64,000 nt of DNA from Candidatus Limihabitans stercoravium (GCA_018715495.1 DVLO01000008.1:9394-73393), one strand, 5' to 3'. Positions 1-10,850 are shown, counted from the first letter of the stretch. Numbers and translations are program-made. Notes: generated by a model not told the origin, from the letters alone.

Positions 1-1
1 C

Positions 2-646
2 GTTGAATACGACGACAAGGGCAACCCCATCCGTGTTGACACAATTGTTTTGAGTACACAACACAGCCCTGAAGTTACAAATGAAAAGATTGCCAACGAC
101 ATGATGAACCTTGTAATCCGCAAGGTAGTTCCTTTGAACTTGCTGGACGAAAAGACCAAGTACTACATCAATCCTACAGGTCGTTTCGAAATTGGCGGAC
201 CTGCTGCGGACAGCGGTCTGACAGGACGTAAGATCATCGTTGACACCTACGGCGGTTACTGTGCACACGGCGGCGGTGCATTCAGCGGCAAGGACGCAAC
301 AAAGGTGGACAGAAGTGCCGCTTACATGGCAAGATACATCTGCAAGAACATTGTTGCCGCAGGACTTGCCGACCGTGTTCAGTTGCAGGTATCCTACGCA
401 ATCGGACGTGCTAAGCCCGTATCGTTGGACGTCAACACCTACGGTACAGGTAAACTGGACGACGTAGTAATTGCAAATATCATCAGCGAAGAATTCGACC
501 TTCGTCCCAAGGCAATCATCGAACTGTTTGACTTGCAGAAGCCCATTTACAAACAAACGGCAAGTTACGGTCACTTCGGCCGTGAAGGATTCCCATGGGA
601 AAAGTTGGACAGAGTAGAAGACCTTAAAAAGTATCTTCCTCAATAA
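2..646 (+). CDS. metK: S-adenosylmethionine synthetase, 5'-truncated by window edge
   Basis: Frame open from position 2 ([21 protein letters not shown]); motifs [44 protein letters not shown]. Confidence 0.97.
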   Translation, partial: VEYDDKGNPIRVDTIVLSTQHSPEVTNEKIANDMMNLVIRKVVPLNLLDEKTKYYINPTGRFEIGGPAADSGLTGRKIIVDTYGGYCAHGGGAFSGKDATKVDRSAAYMARYICKNIVAAGLADRVQLQVSYAIGRAKPVSLDVNTYGTGKLDDVVIANIISEEFDLRPKAIIELFDLQKPIYKQTASYGHFGREGFPWEKLDRVEDLKKYLPQ

Positions 647-652
647 TTTTAC

Positions 653-688
653 AAAGCAACACGTCTTAGGGCGTGTTGTTTGTGTTTT
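653..688 (+). terminator. Intrinsic terminator after metK
   Basis: GCAACACGTC-TTAG-GGCGTGTTGT stem followed by T-rich tract. Confidence 0.6.
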
Positions 689-841
689 AGCAAAACCTGA
701 GTTAAAGTGTCACCAAATTTTGCAATTGTGTTTTTCGACCAAACACAACGTTTACGGCGTTGAAAAGTCATGTATTTGCTGTAAAAACTTTGCCGACAAA
801 TGACTGTGTTTGTCAACACTTACAGACAGGGCAGTGTGCAC

Positions 842-870
842 TTGATATTTATATGCCTGTGTGGTATAAT
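842..870 (+). promoter_or_regulatory. sigmaA-type promoter of recD2 operon
   Basis: TTGATA-17bp-TATAAT with extended -10 TG. Confidence 0.7.
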
Positions 871-903
871 GTGTGATCAGAAGAAATTTTTAAGAGGTGG
901 AAC

Positions 904-3150
904 TTGACGGTAAAGGGAACTGTCGCATCGGTAATTTTTTATAATTCCGAAAACGGCTATTCGGTAATAAGTCTTGATACTGTGGACGGCGACGACATTG
1001 TTGTTGTCGGCACTTTTCCTGCCCTTTCGGTGGGTGAAGTACTGACGGTTACCGGCAGGGAGACTTACCACCAGAGATACGGCGAACAGCTTGTTGCGGA
1101 AAGCTACACAATAGACAATCCGACCACACGACAGGGTATTGTAAGGTACCTTGCCAGCGGACTTGTAAAGGGTGTCGGGGAAGTTACTGCCAACAACATT
1201 TACGATGTTTTCGGCGGAGATACGTTGAACATCATTGAAACAAACCCCATGCTGCTCTCTAAAGTCAAGGGTATTTCCGACAAGAAGGCAATGGACATTG
1301 CAAAAAGCGTGGGTCAGTTGAAGAAGATGCAGTCGCAGATAATGTTTCTGCAACAGTACAACATTTCCACCAACCTTGCAATGAAGATTTACAACACCTA
1401 CAAGGATCACACCAAGTCCATTGTCTCTGCCAATCCATACAAACTGATTGACGACGTAGACGGAGTGGGATTTGCAACTGCAGACAAGATTGCCGTAAGT
1501 ATGGGACATGATCTGCACGGTAGTTTCCGTATTCGTGCGTCGGTGGTGTACGCATTGAAGGATAGTGCCGACAAGCAGGGCAACACCTATCTTACACGAA
1601 AGGATCTTGTTGACCGTTGTAATGCCTTGCTCAACATGAATCTGAACGAACACCAATCACTGTTCGAAGACGTATTGACGGGGCTTGTGCTTGAACCGAC
1701 AATCAAGATGTACAGTTACAAGGGTGAGGATTGCGTTGCTCTTGCAAGGCTGTATTCGCTGGAATCGGCAATTGCAACCAGACTTATAAGACTCAACCAC
1801 GAAGTCAGACGGATTTCAATGGACAGCAACAGTATCATTGAACAGTTTCAACAGACCAATCACATCACCTTTCACCACAGCCAGCGCCAGGCAATAATGT
1901 CTGCGACGCTAAACGGCGTCAGCGTAATTACAGGCGGGCCTGGTACAGGCAAGACCACAATTATCAAGTGTATTGCTGAAATATTTTCCACCAACAATCT
2001 GCGTGTTGAAATGTGCGCTCCTACAGGACGTGCAGCCAAACGTCTGCAGCAAAGTACCGGCTACGACGCCAAGACGATACACCGTCTGTTGGGATTGGAA
2101 TTCCGTGACGGTAAAACAAACTTCAAGTTTAATCAGTCCAACCCGTTGCCATGCGATGTGGTCATTGTGGACGAAGTTTCCATGACGGACGTGTACATCA
2201 TGTCCAGCCTGTTGCGTGCCTTGGACAGCGGCACACGTCTTGTAATGGTGGGCGACAAGGATCAGCTTCCCAGCGTAGGCGCAGGAAACGTGCTTGCCGA
2301 CATCATCAACAGCAGGACTATTGACGTAAACTACCTGACCTACATCTATCGACAGTCGGAAGACAGCCTGATTGTTTCCAATGCGCATCTCATCAATCAG
2401 TGCAAGATGCCGGAAATAAACAACAGCGGTAAGGATTTCTTTGTAATGAGTATCAATGATCTCACAGAGGTACATGATACAGTAATACAACTTGTTACCA
2501 CACGTCTGCCAAAATTCACTAATGTATCCCCCCGTGACATTCAGGTGCTGGGTGCGTTGAAAAGCGGTGTTGCCGGTGTTGAAAACCTCAATGTGGGATT
2601 ACAACAGGCAATCAATCCGCCCCGTCCCGACAAGGGAGAAGTTGCACACGGCAAGACGGTGTTCCGTCAGGGCGACAGGGTAATGCAGACGGTAAACAAC
2701 TACGAAATGCCCTACACCCGAATGAAACCCGACGGCACAGTAGAAGAGGGAACGGGCGTATTCAACGGCGACATAGGATTTGTTACCCGTGTTGACAAGG
2801 TAAACGGCTACGTTGAAGTGGAATTTGACGACAACAGAATTTCGCAGTACACTGCAAATGATCTTGGAGACCTGCAGTTGTCTTACGCAATCACGGTACA
2901 CAAGAGCCAGGGCAGCGAATTTGATGTGGCAGTAATCCCGCTTGTCAACGGACCTCCGACAATCATCAACAAAAATCTTCTGTACACAGCCATCACCCGT
3001 GCCAAAAAGGTGGTAGTGCTTGTGGGAAGCAAGAAGGTTCTTGCCATGATGATTCACAACAACTACATTGCAGCACGTACAACAATGCTGGAATGGTTTT
3101 TAAAACTGGAAGAAAAGAAGTTCAATACCTTCTTTACACAAGATGATTGA
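904..3150 (+). CDS. recD2: ATP-dependent RecD-like DNA helicase (SF1B)
   Basis: N-terminal OB/HhH region (KGVG, DGVGFATAD), Walker A GGPGTGKT, DEVSM, GDKDQLPSV, YAITVHKSQGSE, LYTAITRA; TTG start with GAGGTG RBS. Confidence 0.93.
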   Translation: MTVKGTVASVIFYNSENGYSVISLDTVDGDDIVVVGTFPALSVGEVLTVTGRETYHQRYGEQLVAESYTIDNPTTRQGIVRYLASGLVKGVGEVTANNIYDVFGGDTLNIIETNPMLLSKVKGISDKKAMDIAKSVGQLKKMQSQIMFLQQYNISTNLAMKIYNTYKDHTKSIVSANPYKLIDDVDGVGFATADKIAVSMGHDLHGSFRIRASVVYALKDSADKQGNTYLTRKDLVDRCNALLNMNLNEHQSLFEDVLTGLVLEPTIKMYSYKGEDCVALARLYSLESAIATRLIRLNHEVRRISMDSNSIIEQFQQTNHITFHHSQRQAIMSATLNGVSVITGGPGTGKTTIIKCIAEIFSTNNLRVEMCAPTGRAAKRLQQSTGYDAKTIHRLLGLEFRDGKTNFKFNQSNPLPCDVVIVDEVSMTDVYIMSSLLRALDSGTRLVMVGDKDQLPSVGAGNVLADIINSRTIDVNYLTYIYRQSEDSLIVSNAHLINQCKMPEINNSGKDFFVMSINDLTEVHDTVIQLVTTRLPKFTNVSPRDIQVLGALKSGVAGVENLNVGLQQAINPPRPDKGEVAHGKTVFRQGDRVMQTVNNYEMPYTRMKPDGTVEEGTGVFNGDIGFVTRVDKVNGYVEVEFDDNRISQYTANDLGDLQLSYAITVHKSQGSEFDVAVIPLVNGPPTIINKNLLYTAITRAKKVVVLVGSKKVLAMMIHNNYIAARTTMLEWFLKLEEKKFNTFFTQDD

Positions 3151-3895
3151 CAAGGACATTTTACGCAATTTATTGAGTGACGTCACACAAAAATGTATGG
3201 TGTGCGGCGTCGATATATTTGACAACAGCACGGGATTTTGCAGTCATTGCGTCAAGGACGTTGTGTTCAACAACGGCAAGACCTGTCTGCGGTGCGGTGT
3301 GCATCTTGTCGGTGAGGAAAACTACTGTTCCAATTGCGTTTCTGACAACAACTATTTCGACAGGGCGTATTCGGCATTTACCTACGACGGAAACATTGTC
3401 AGGGTGATACACTCATTGAAATTCGGCAACATGGCAGGCTACGCAAGAGTGCTTGCAGCCTATCTTGCCTATCTTGTTGTCACAAACAATATAACGTTTG
3501 ATGAAGTGTGTTTCGTTCCGATGACGGCGAAATCGCAAAAATTGCGACGTTATAATCAATCGCAGTTGCTATCACAGTATTTTTGTGATATACTTAGCAA
3601 AGATTGTCCGAAACCGCTTCTTGTCAAGGTGCGTGAAACGGCACGGCAGGAAACGCTGGGCAAATACAGTCGCAAGTGCAATCTTAATAGAGCATTTGCA
3701 GTAGACAAGCAATACGATGTTACGGGCAAGACGGTACTTGTAATTGACGACGTCAAGACTACGGGTGCTACGCTTGAAGAGTGTGCCCGTGCGTTAAAGG
3801 AGGCGGGAGCAGACAAGGTTTATTGCCTGACTGTCGCATCCCGTGAAGAAAAAGTGCTTGTCGAAAAAGGAGACAGACATGAAAGAAAAGGTTAA
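3143..3895 (+). CDS. comF: ComF-family double Zn-ribbon phosphoribosyltransferase-like protein
   Basis: Four CxxC pairs, RRYNQS, VLVIDDVKTTGATL PRTase motif; overlaps recD2 stop. Confidence 0.9.
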   Translation: MIDKDILRNLLSDVTQKCMVCGVDIFDNSTGFCSHCVKDVVFNNGKTCLRCGVHLVGEENYCSNCVSDNNYFDRAYSAFTYDGNIVRVIHSLKFGNMAGYARVLAAYLAYLVVTNNITFDEVCFVPMTAKSQKLRRYNQSQLLSQYFCDILSKDCPKPLLVKVRETARQETLGKYSRKCNLNRAFAVDKQYDVTGKTVLVIDDVKTTGATLEECARALKEAGADKVYCLTVASREEKVLVEKGDRHERKG

Positions 3896-6794
3896 AAAGT
3901 ACGATTGGTCTAAAGCGCCTGATATAAAAAAGTACGGACGTGCAAACAGACGACAGGTCAAGAAACTGTGCAAGATTGCCGATGTTATCGAAGAACTTGA
4001 ACCCAAGTATCAGGCAATGAGCAATCAGCAACTGAGGGAAATGACCGATTACTTTAAAGCACAGCTTAGTGAAGGCAAGACTACCGACGACATTTTGTGT
4101 GATGCCTATGCCGTTTGCCGTGAAGCTGCTAAACGTGTACTCAATCAGCGTCATTACTACGTTCAGTTGTTGGGCGGTATTGCACTGCATCAGGGACGTA
4201 TCTGTCAGATGGCAACAGGTGAAGGTAAGACATTGACGGAAACATTGCCTGCTTACCTCAATGCACTTACAGGAAAGGGAGTCCACATCGTAACAGTCAA
4301 CGAATATCTTGCTGCCCGTGACGCACAGTGGATGGGCAAGCTGTACAACTTTTTGGGCATTACTGTAGGCGTCAACCTTGCAAAACTCAGTCCAGTTGAA
4401 AAACAGGATGTCTATTCCCGTGACATCGTTTACGGTGTCAATGCGGAATTCGGTTTCGACTATCTGCGTGACAACCGTGTTTCCGACAAGAAAGACAAGG
4501 TTCAGCGTGAATTGTCCTTTGCAATCATCGACGAAGTAGACAGTATTTTGATAGACGAAGCACGTACACCTTTGATCATTTCTGCTCATGCAAAGCAGTC
4601 GGGAGCCATGTACAATCGTGCCAACGGATTTGTCAGAGGGCTCAAACCTTCCACAAACGTTGACAACGAAGGTAAGTTGCCCTGGGAAAGCGGTAGCGGC
4701 GTTCAGGCAATGGCGAACAGACTCAGCGGCAACGATGAGAAAGAAGACTACAACGGCGACTACGTAGTAAACTGGAAAGATCGCAATGTGCGTCTTACCG
4801 ACAGAGGTATCAAAAAGGCGGAAAAATATTTCGGTCTGGAAAATCTTTCCGGTTCGGAATACATGACGGACGAACAGCAACGACTTAGTCTGGAATGGAA
4901 CAACTACATTAACAATGCATTGCGTGCCAACACACTGATGAAGCGTGATGAAGATTACATCGTGGAAAACGGTGCAATTGTAATTGTCGACCCATTTACA
5001 GGACGTAAGATGCCTGACCGCAGATACAGTGGCGGATTACACCAGGCGCTTGAAGCCAAGGAAGGCGTCAAACTCCGTGACGAAGACGTAACCATTGCAA
5101 CAATTACCATTCAGAACTACTTCCGTCTGTATCGCAAGATCAGCGGTATGACAGGTACAGCCAAGACGGAAGAAGATGAATTTAATTCCATTTACAATCT
5201 TGACGTAGTGGCAATTCCCACCAACAAGCCGGTAATCCGTCATGACTACGAAGTCATCGTTTACGGAAAACGCAACGACAAACTTGATGCCATTGTTGAA
5301 AAGGTCAAGGAATGTCACGAAAAGGGACAACCTGTGCTCATCGGTACGGTAACAGTTGAGAAGAACGAAGAATTGTCTGCTCTTTTAAAGCGTGCAGGAA
5401 TCAAGCACAACGTCTTGAACGCTAAGGAACACCAACGTGAAGCGGAAATCATTGCTCAGGCGGGTAGCGTGGGTGCGGTAACCCTTGCCACCAACATGGC
5501 AGGTCGTGGTACGGACATCCTTTTGGGCGGTAACCCTGCTGCATTGGCAACCAAGCGTATGCGCAAGGAAGGTTACTCCGAAGAACAGATAGAACTTGCT
5601 ACGGGATTTACCGAAGAAACCAATCCCGATATATTGAAACTGCGTGAAATTTACAACAAGTATGTTTCGGAATACAAGACGGAAACCGACAAACAGCGTG
5701 AAGAGGTAATCAAACTGGGCGGTTTGTTTGTAATCGGTACCGAAATGCACGAAAGCAGACGTATCGACGACCAGTTGCGTGGACGTTCGGGACGTCAGGG
5801 TGACCCCGGTGAAAGCGTCATTTACGTTTCTTTGGAAGATGATCTCATCAAGAACAGCTCTATCCTTGCGGGTCTTGCCAACGCCAAGATGTTTGAAAGC
5901 GTGTTCGGTCTCAGCCTTAAGGCGTACACAAGAGTTGTAACGGGTGCGCAGAAACAGCGTGAATCCATGAACTTTGCCAGTCGTAAACACGTCGTTCAGT
6001 ACGACGACGTTGTAAACGTACAGCGCAAGTCCGTCTACCAGTTGAGAAACCGTATTCTTGACGGCGACAACATACACAACGACATTCTGGAAATGGTGTC
6101 AGGCTGCGCCCGTGTGGTACTGGGTAAGGCATGCGGCGAAAATCAGCGTGTAGACGAATGGAACATTCCCCAGGTCAATGCACGTGTCAATGTAATTCTC
6201 AGAAACACCGAATTGCAACCAATATTGACAGAAGGACAGTTTACAAACGTTCGTGAAGCTCACAAGCTCATCTGCGATTACATCACAGAAAAACTCAACG
6301 AACGTGTTGATGAAGGTGACGAAACAACAATTACCTTTGCTGAGATGGAACGCAAGACATTGCTTGGTTTCCTTGATTATTTCTGGCAGAACCACGTGGA
6401 CGAAATGGACGAAATGCGCAAGGGTATCGGTCTGCAGGCAATTGCACAGAAAGACCCGCTTGCCATTTACAAACAACAGGCATTCGACCAATTTGACAAG
6501 ATGATGGATGCAGTTCAGGAAGCTACAATCCGGAGTCTCTTGCACCGTGAGTTGCCCAGCGCTGAGGTAGAACAGGAAGTGGATCTCAATCCCAACAAGT
6601 CGTTAAATCGTCCTTGCCCCTGCGGAAGCGGTAAAAAGTACAAGAATTGCTGCTACAAGAAAGACCTTGCTAAGCAAAACATCAGTGCTGCCCCCGAACT
6701 TGCAAGAGCTGAAGAAAACAGACCTCTTACCAAACAGGAAGAATATCGTTTGAAGCGTGAACAGCGCAAATTGGAAAAACAGAACAAGAAGTAA
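3879..6794 (+). CDS. secA: Preprotein translocase ATPase SecA
   Basis: MATGEGKT, VTVNEYLA, DEVDSILIDEARTPLIIS, ATNMAGRGTDI, SEC-C CPCGSGKKYKNCC; start moved to ATG 3879 behind AAGGAG. Confidence 0.97.
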   Translation: MKEKVKKYDWSKAPDIKKYGRANRRQVKKLCKIADVIEELEPKYQAMSNQQLREMTDYFKAQLSEGKTTDDILCDAYAVCREAAKRVLNQRHYYVQLLGGIALHQGRICQMATGEGKTLTETLPAYLNALTGKGVHIVTVNEYLAARDAQWMGKLYNFLGITVGVNLAKLSPVEKQDVYSRDIVYGVNAEFGFDYLRDNRVSDKKDKVQRELSFAIIDEVDSILIDEARTPLIISAHAKQSGAMYNRANGFVRGLKPSTNVDNEGKLPWESGSGVQAMANRLSGNDEKEDYNGDYVVNWKDRNVRLTDRGIKKAEKYFGLENLSGSEYMTDEQQRLSLEWNNYINNALRANTLMKRDEDYIVENGAIVIVDPFTGRKMPDRRYSGGLHQALEAKEGVKLRDEDVTIATITIQNYFRLYRKISGMTGTAKTEEDEFNSIYNLDVVAIPTNKPVIRHDYEVIVYGKRNDKLDAIVEKVKECHEKGQPVLIGTVTVEKNEELSALLKRAGIKHNVLNAKEHQREAEIIAQAGSVGAVTLATNMAGRGTDILLGGNPAALATKRMRKEGYSEEQIELATGFTEETNPDILKLREIYNKYVSEYKTETDKQREEVIKLGGLFVIGTEMHESRRIDDQLRGRSGRQGDPGESVIYVSLEDDLIKNSSILAGLANAKMFESVFGLSLKAYTRVVTGAQKQRESMNFASRKHVVQYDDVVNVQRKSVYQLRNRILDGDNIHNDILEMVSGCARVVLGKACGENQRVDEWNIPQVNARVNVILRNTELQPILTEGQFTNVREAHKLICDYITEKLNERVDEGDETTITFAEMERKTLLGFLDYFWQNHVDEMDEMRKGIGLQAIAQKDPLAIYKQQAFDQFDKMMDAVQEATIRSLLHRELPSAEVEQEVDLNPNKSLNRPCPCGSGKKYKNCCYKKDLAKQNISAAPELARAEENRPLTKQEEYRLKREQRKLEKQNKK

Positions 6795-6857
6795 TTGCTT
6801 GTTAAAAAGATTTACAGATTATACAACAAAAATATACAGACAAGGTGGTGATTTGAG

Positions 6858-7950
6858 TTGATTCAGATTGAAGATTTGAAAACGGATATCAGACAATTGC
6901 AACAAAAACTCAAGGGGATAGGTGATTCACTTTAACTTGCCCAAGTTGACAGCTCAACTTGAAGAGTTGAAGGAACAACAGAATGCACCGGACTTCTGGA
7001 ATGACATTTCCAACGCACAGATGGTGAGCAAGCAAGCTAAAAACATCGAAGACAAGATTGACGGATACAATCGTCTGTGCAAGCACTTGAACGACATTGA
7101 AGAGCTTATCCAGCTGAGTGACGAAGAGGAAATGCTTGAGGAAGCAAGCAACGAACTGGAAACAGTCAAGGAAGAAATTGTACAATTGCACGTAGCAACA
7201 TTGTTGTCGGGCAAGTACGATTCATTCAATGCACTTGTGACATTGCACCCGGGCGCAGGCGGAACGGAAGCACAGGACTGGACGGAAATGTTGTACCGCA
7301 TGTATTCACGCTACTGCGACAGACAGGGATTCAAGCGTGAGGAACTGGACAAACTGGACGGCGATGAAGCAGGTATCAAGAGCGTGACATTCAAGGTGAG
7401 CGGTAACAACGCCTACGGTTACCTGAAGGCGGAAAAGGGCGTACACCGTCTTGTCAGAATTTCACCCTTCGACGCCAACAAGCGCAGACAGACAAGTTTC
7501 GCATCCGTTGAAGTAATGCCCGAAATTGAAACAGACCCCGACATCAAGATCGAAGAAAAAGACTTGAAGGTGGATACTTACCGTTCGTCAGGTGCAGGCG
7601 GACAGCACGTCAACAAGACGGAAAGTGCAATTCGTATAACACACATACCAACAGGTATCGTCGTATCCTGTCAGACGCAGCGCAGTCAGATACAGAACCG
7701 TGAACAGGCAATGTTGATGTTGAAATCCAAGTTGGCGGAACTGAAAGAACGTCAGCAAATGGAAGAAGCATTGTCCATCAAGGGGGAAATCAAGAAAATT
7801 GAGTGGGGCAGTCAGATACGTTCTTACGTATTTTGTCCTTACACGCTGGTCAAGGATCACCGCACAGGGTACGAAAATGCCAACATCACCGATGTAATGG
7901 ACGGAAATATTCAACCTTTTATCGAAGACTTTTTGCAAAAGGTTTATTGA
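6858..7950 (+). CDS. prfB: Peptide chain release factor 2, expressed via +1 programmed frameshift at 6930-6935
   Basis: TTG start 6858 gives 25 codons ending GDSL (CTT) then TAA; internal SD GGTGAT 3 nt upstream; +1 frame continues NLPKL... with SPF motif and GGQ. Confidence 0.95.
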
Positions 7951-7962
7951 TTTCAGTCTTAC

Positions 7963-7995
7963 AACAAGCCGACTTTATGGTCGGCTTGTTTTTTT
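7963..7995 (+). terminator. Intrinsic terminator after prfB
   Basis: AACAAGCCGAC-TTTATG-GTCGGCTTGTT + T run. Confidence 0.85.
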
Positions 7996-8061
7996 GTCAC
8001 GTGGTACGAAAGAAGTGTACAATTTATTACAATTTTTCATATATTTACCTGAATAAGTTTG

Positions 8062-8090
8062 TTGAAATTTTTTCAATCAGGTGGTATAAT
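8062..8090 (+). promoter_or_regulatory. sigmaA-type promoter of cysK
   Basis: TTGAAA-17bp-TATAAT with extended TG. Confidence 0.7.
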
Positions 8091-8128
8091 GATTTCGTTT
8101 GTTTAACACATCCAAAAAGGGGAACAAA

Positions 8129-9055
8129 ATGGTTTACAAAAATATATTGGAAGCTATCGGAAATACTCCGTTAATTCAGCTCAACAGACTGACAGGTCCC
8201 GACGATGCAAGAATTCTTGTCAAGTATGAGGGCGTAAATATAGGCGGTTCAATCAAGACACGTACTGCTTTTAACATGTTGAAAGGTGCTGAGGAAAAGG
8301 GTCTTATCGGTAAAGATACGATCATTGTAGAACCTACCAGCGGTAACCAGGGTATCGGTATTGCTCTTGTTGGTGCAGTCAAGGGCTACAAGGTAAGGAT
8401 CATCATGCCCGACTCAGTTTCGGAAGAAAGACGTAAGCTCATCACTCATTACGGTGCGGAAGTGGTGCTTGTCCATGACGCAGGCAACATCGGTGAATGT
8501 ATTGAGAAGTGCGCACAGACTGCCAAGGACATGGCGGCAAGCGATCCCAATGTGTACATTCCCAGTCAGTTTGAAAATCCTGACAACACTCTTGCACACG
8601 TTCACAACACAGCAAGGGAAATCGTCGAACAGGCACAATGCCCGATTGACGGATTTTGCAGCGGTGTAGGTACAGGCGGAACATTGAGCGGTATCGGCGA
8701 AGTGTTGAAGGAACACAATCCCGACATTGAAATCTGGGCAGTTGAACCCAAGAACGCAGCAGTGTTGAGCGGCGGACCAATAGGAACTCACATGCAGATG
8801 GGTATCGGCGACGGATTTATTCCTAAAAATCTCAATACGGAAATTTACAGCGAAGTGTGTGTCGTAACAGACGAAGAAGCAATTGCAATGGCTAAAAGAC
8901 TTGCCTCCGAAGAAGGTATCATGTGCGGCATTTCCAGTGGTTCAAATGTAGTTGCGGCATTGAAACTTGCTAAGAAACTGGGAAAGGGCAAGACTGTCGT
9001 TACCGTACTTGCCGACACAGGCGAAAGATATTTCAGCACACCGTTGTTCGATTGA
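8129..9055 (+). CDS. cysK: Cysteine synthase (O-acetylserine sulfhydrylase), PLP-dependent
   Basis: IGNTPL, KYEGVNIGGSIKTR, EPTSGNQG, GVGTGGT, DTGERYFST; ATG 8129 after AAGGGG. Confidence 0.9.
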   Translation: MVYKNILEAIGNTPLIQLNRLTGPDDARILVKYEGVNIGGSIKTRTAFNMLKGAEEKGLIGKDTIIVEPTSGNQGIGIALVGAVKGYKVRIIMPDSVSEERRKLITHYGAEVVLVHDAGNIGECIEKCAQTAKDMAASDPNVYIPSQFENPDNTLAHVHNTAREIVEQAQCPIDGFCSGVGTGGTLSGIGEVLKEHNPDIEIWAVEPKNAAVLSGGPIGTHMQMGIGDGFIPKNLNTEIYSEVCVVTDEEAIAMAKRLASEEGIMCGISSGSNVVAALKLAKKLGKGKTVVTVLADTGERYFSTPLFD

Positions 9056-9088
9056 CATTTTTGTTACGATTTAAAAAAGGGGGAAGAT

Positions 9089-9445
9089 ATGTACTGTAAG
9101 AACTGTTACTACATGTTTGAAGAAAAGACCAAACGTTGTCCTAACTGCTACAGCAAGAACATCAAGGAAATTGAACCCAATGATCCTGTGTTTTTAATTG
9201 AGTGTAACTTTTTCAATGGCGAAACACTGAGAACCAACCTTGAGGAACTGAAGATCCCCTACATATTGCGACAGAAGATGGGTACAGCCTACAACATGGG
9301 ATTGGGACTTGGAGGCGGCCCATGGGGAGAAAGATACCGTTTCTTCGTGCCTTACTGCGAACTTGAAAGGTGCAGGGAACTTGCCGACCTTGTAGTGGTG
9401 CCTGAGGACGAATGCGATGACCCACAGGATGAAACGGAGTTTTAG
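9089..9445 (+). CDS. Hypothetical protein: N-terminal Zn ribbon plus DUF2007-like domain
   Basis: CKNC...CPNC; RBS AAGGGGG; LEELKIPY...YRFFVP pattern. Confidence 0.65.
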   Translation: MYCKNCYYMFEEKTKRCPNCYSKNIKEIEPNDPVFLIECNFFNGETLRTNLEELKIPYILRQKMGTAYNMGLGLGGGPWGERYRFFVPYCELERCRELADLVVVPEDECDDPQDETEF

Positions 9446-9454
9446 AAGGTTGAC

Positions 9455-9913
9455 ATGTATCTCAGAAGGTATCAGACTACGGATTGTCCGCAACTTACAC
9501 AGTTGTTTTTCAACACCGTCCACACGGTAAACAGCAAGGATTACACCCCTGAGCAACTTGACGCTTGGGCAACGGGACATGTGGACGAACAGCAGTGGAA
9601 CAGGTCTTTCATTGAACACTTTACCGTTGTAGCGGTGGAAGGCGACGCAATTGTGGGATTTGGCGACATCGATGAAACAGGCTATCTTGACAGACTGTAT
9701 GTCCATTCCATGTATCAGCGTCGTGGAATTGCTACGGCAATTTGCGACATGTTAGAAGGGCAGGCAGGAACACGCATTGTTACTCATTCCTCAATTACCG
9801 CATTACCCTTTTTTAAGAGCAGGGGTTACCGTGTAGTACGTCAGCAACAGGTGGAAAGAAACGGCGTGGTTCTTGACAACTTCGTCATGGAAAAGTTGAA
9901 ACAGACAGTGTGA
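9455..9913 (+). CDS. GNAT acetyltransferase (YafP-like)
   Basis: DYTPEQLDAWA, LDRLYVH..YQRRGIA, ALPFFKSRGY. Confidence 0.85.
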   Translation: MYLRRYQTTDCPQLTQLFFNTVHTVNSKDYTPEQLDAWATGHVDEQQWNRSFIEHFTVVAVEGDAIVGFGDIDETGYLDRLYVHSMYQRRGIATAICDMLEGQAGTRIVTHSSITALPFFKSRGYRVVRQQQVERNGVVLDNFVMEKLKQTV

Positions 9914-10106
9914 TGGCAATGAAATCAGTGGAACTCAATGGTAGGTGAGGTTTAAGACCTGTTTGTCAATCGGATATAGTCTGATTGTCTACGCAATTGA
10001 ACTACTGTTTAGTGTATTTACGTTAAATTCAGTATAAACGCAATTAAATGTGGATGAATTGTCAAACCAAGTGCAACACTTGAAAGTATAGTTCACCAAT
10101 AACAAT

Positions 10107-10136
10107 AAAGGAAGGACTTGTCAGCCCTTCCTTTTT
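10107..10136. terminator. Bidirectional terminator between GNAT and thpR
   Basis: AAAGGAAGG...CCTTCCTTTTT inverted repeat between convergent genes. Confidence 0.7.
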
Positions 10137-10169
10137 GTTTGGTTGTATTTAGTTTGATTTGGCTAAAAA

Positions 10170-10700
10170 TTACAGTTCAACGCTGTACAGCGGAATGTAC
10201 TTTGCTCCCTTTTCACCGAATACCGTCTGATACAATGTTATTGTCTGTACTTCAAACGGTTTGTTGTACACGGTGATGTTCTTGCTCACTTCGCTGAAAG
10301 GCAGGGTAAATCTTGGACGGCGCACCAGTGTGGTGTGAGGACGGTAAGCCCTGTGTTCCACGCAAAATCCCGATTCTTCAAGGCAGCTGCCCAGCGTCTT
10401 GTGAATTTCAAGCAGCGCATTGTTGTGCTTGAATCTTGCGCACACAAGATCTGCGGATCGGAACACGGTAACACCGCTTATTCCCAACTGCGGTTTTTCC
10501 ATTCCTTTCAACTTGTCCATTGCAGACTGTATGTAGATGAGCTGGCTTTCCGGAGTTTCTCCAAGAAAGTGCAGTGTGATGTGCAGGTTGTCTTCCGAAA
10601 CAAAGTTTCCCGAAGTTGCAAATGCCTTCAGCTGTTCTATATTTCTTACCAGGTTGAGCTTTGTTTGTTGTGGCAAGGTGATGGCTATGAACAAACGCAT
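10170..10700 (-). CDS. thpR: RNA 2',3'-cyclic phosphodiesterase (2H family)
   Basis: MRLFIAI start, two HxT motifs (LHITLHFLG, YRPHTTL). Confidence 0.9.
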   Translation of the reverse strand: MRLFIAITLPQQTKLNLVRNIEQLKAFATSGNFVSEDNLHITLHFLGETPESQLIYIQSAMDKLKGMEKPQLGISGVTVFRSADLVCARFKHNNALLEIHKTLGSCLEESGFCVEHRAYRPHTTLVRRPRFTLPFSEVSKNITVYNKPFEVQTITLYQTVFGEKGAKYIPLYSVEL

Positions 10701-10850
10701 GTTACCTTCCTCCTTTTAAACTATTTTACCACATTTTGGCGTTTTTTACAACATATCAGCGGTATTTTGACGTTTTTTGTGTGTGGTTGTTATATCTCAT
10801 TTGAGTTGTAAATATAGTATGTTGAACTAACTTCGCAGAGGGGTGAATGA

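Noticed and set aside
6922-7950. prfB as a pseudogene or as a GTG-6922-initiated protein
   Set aside because: The upstream 25-codon frame, internal SD and slippery CTT-T match the programmed frameshift architecture.
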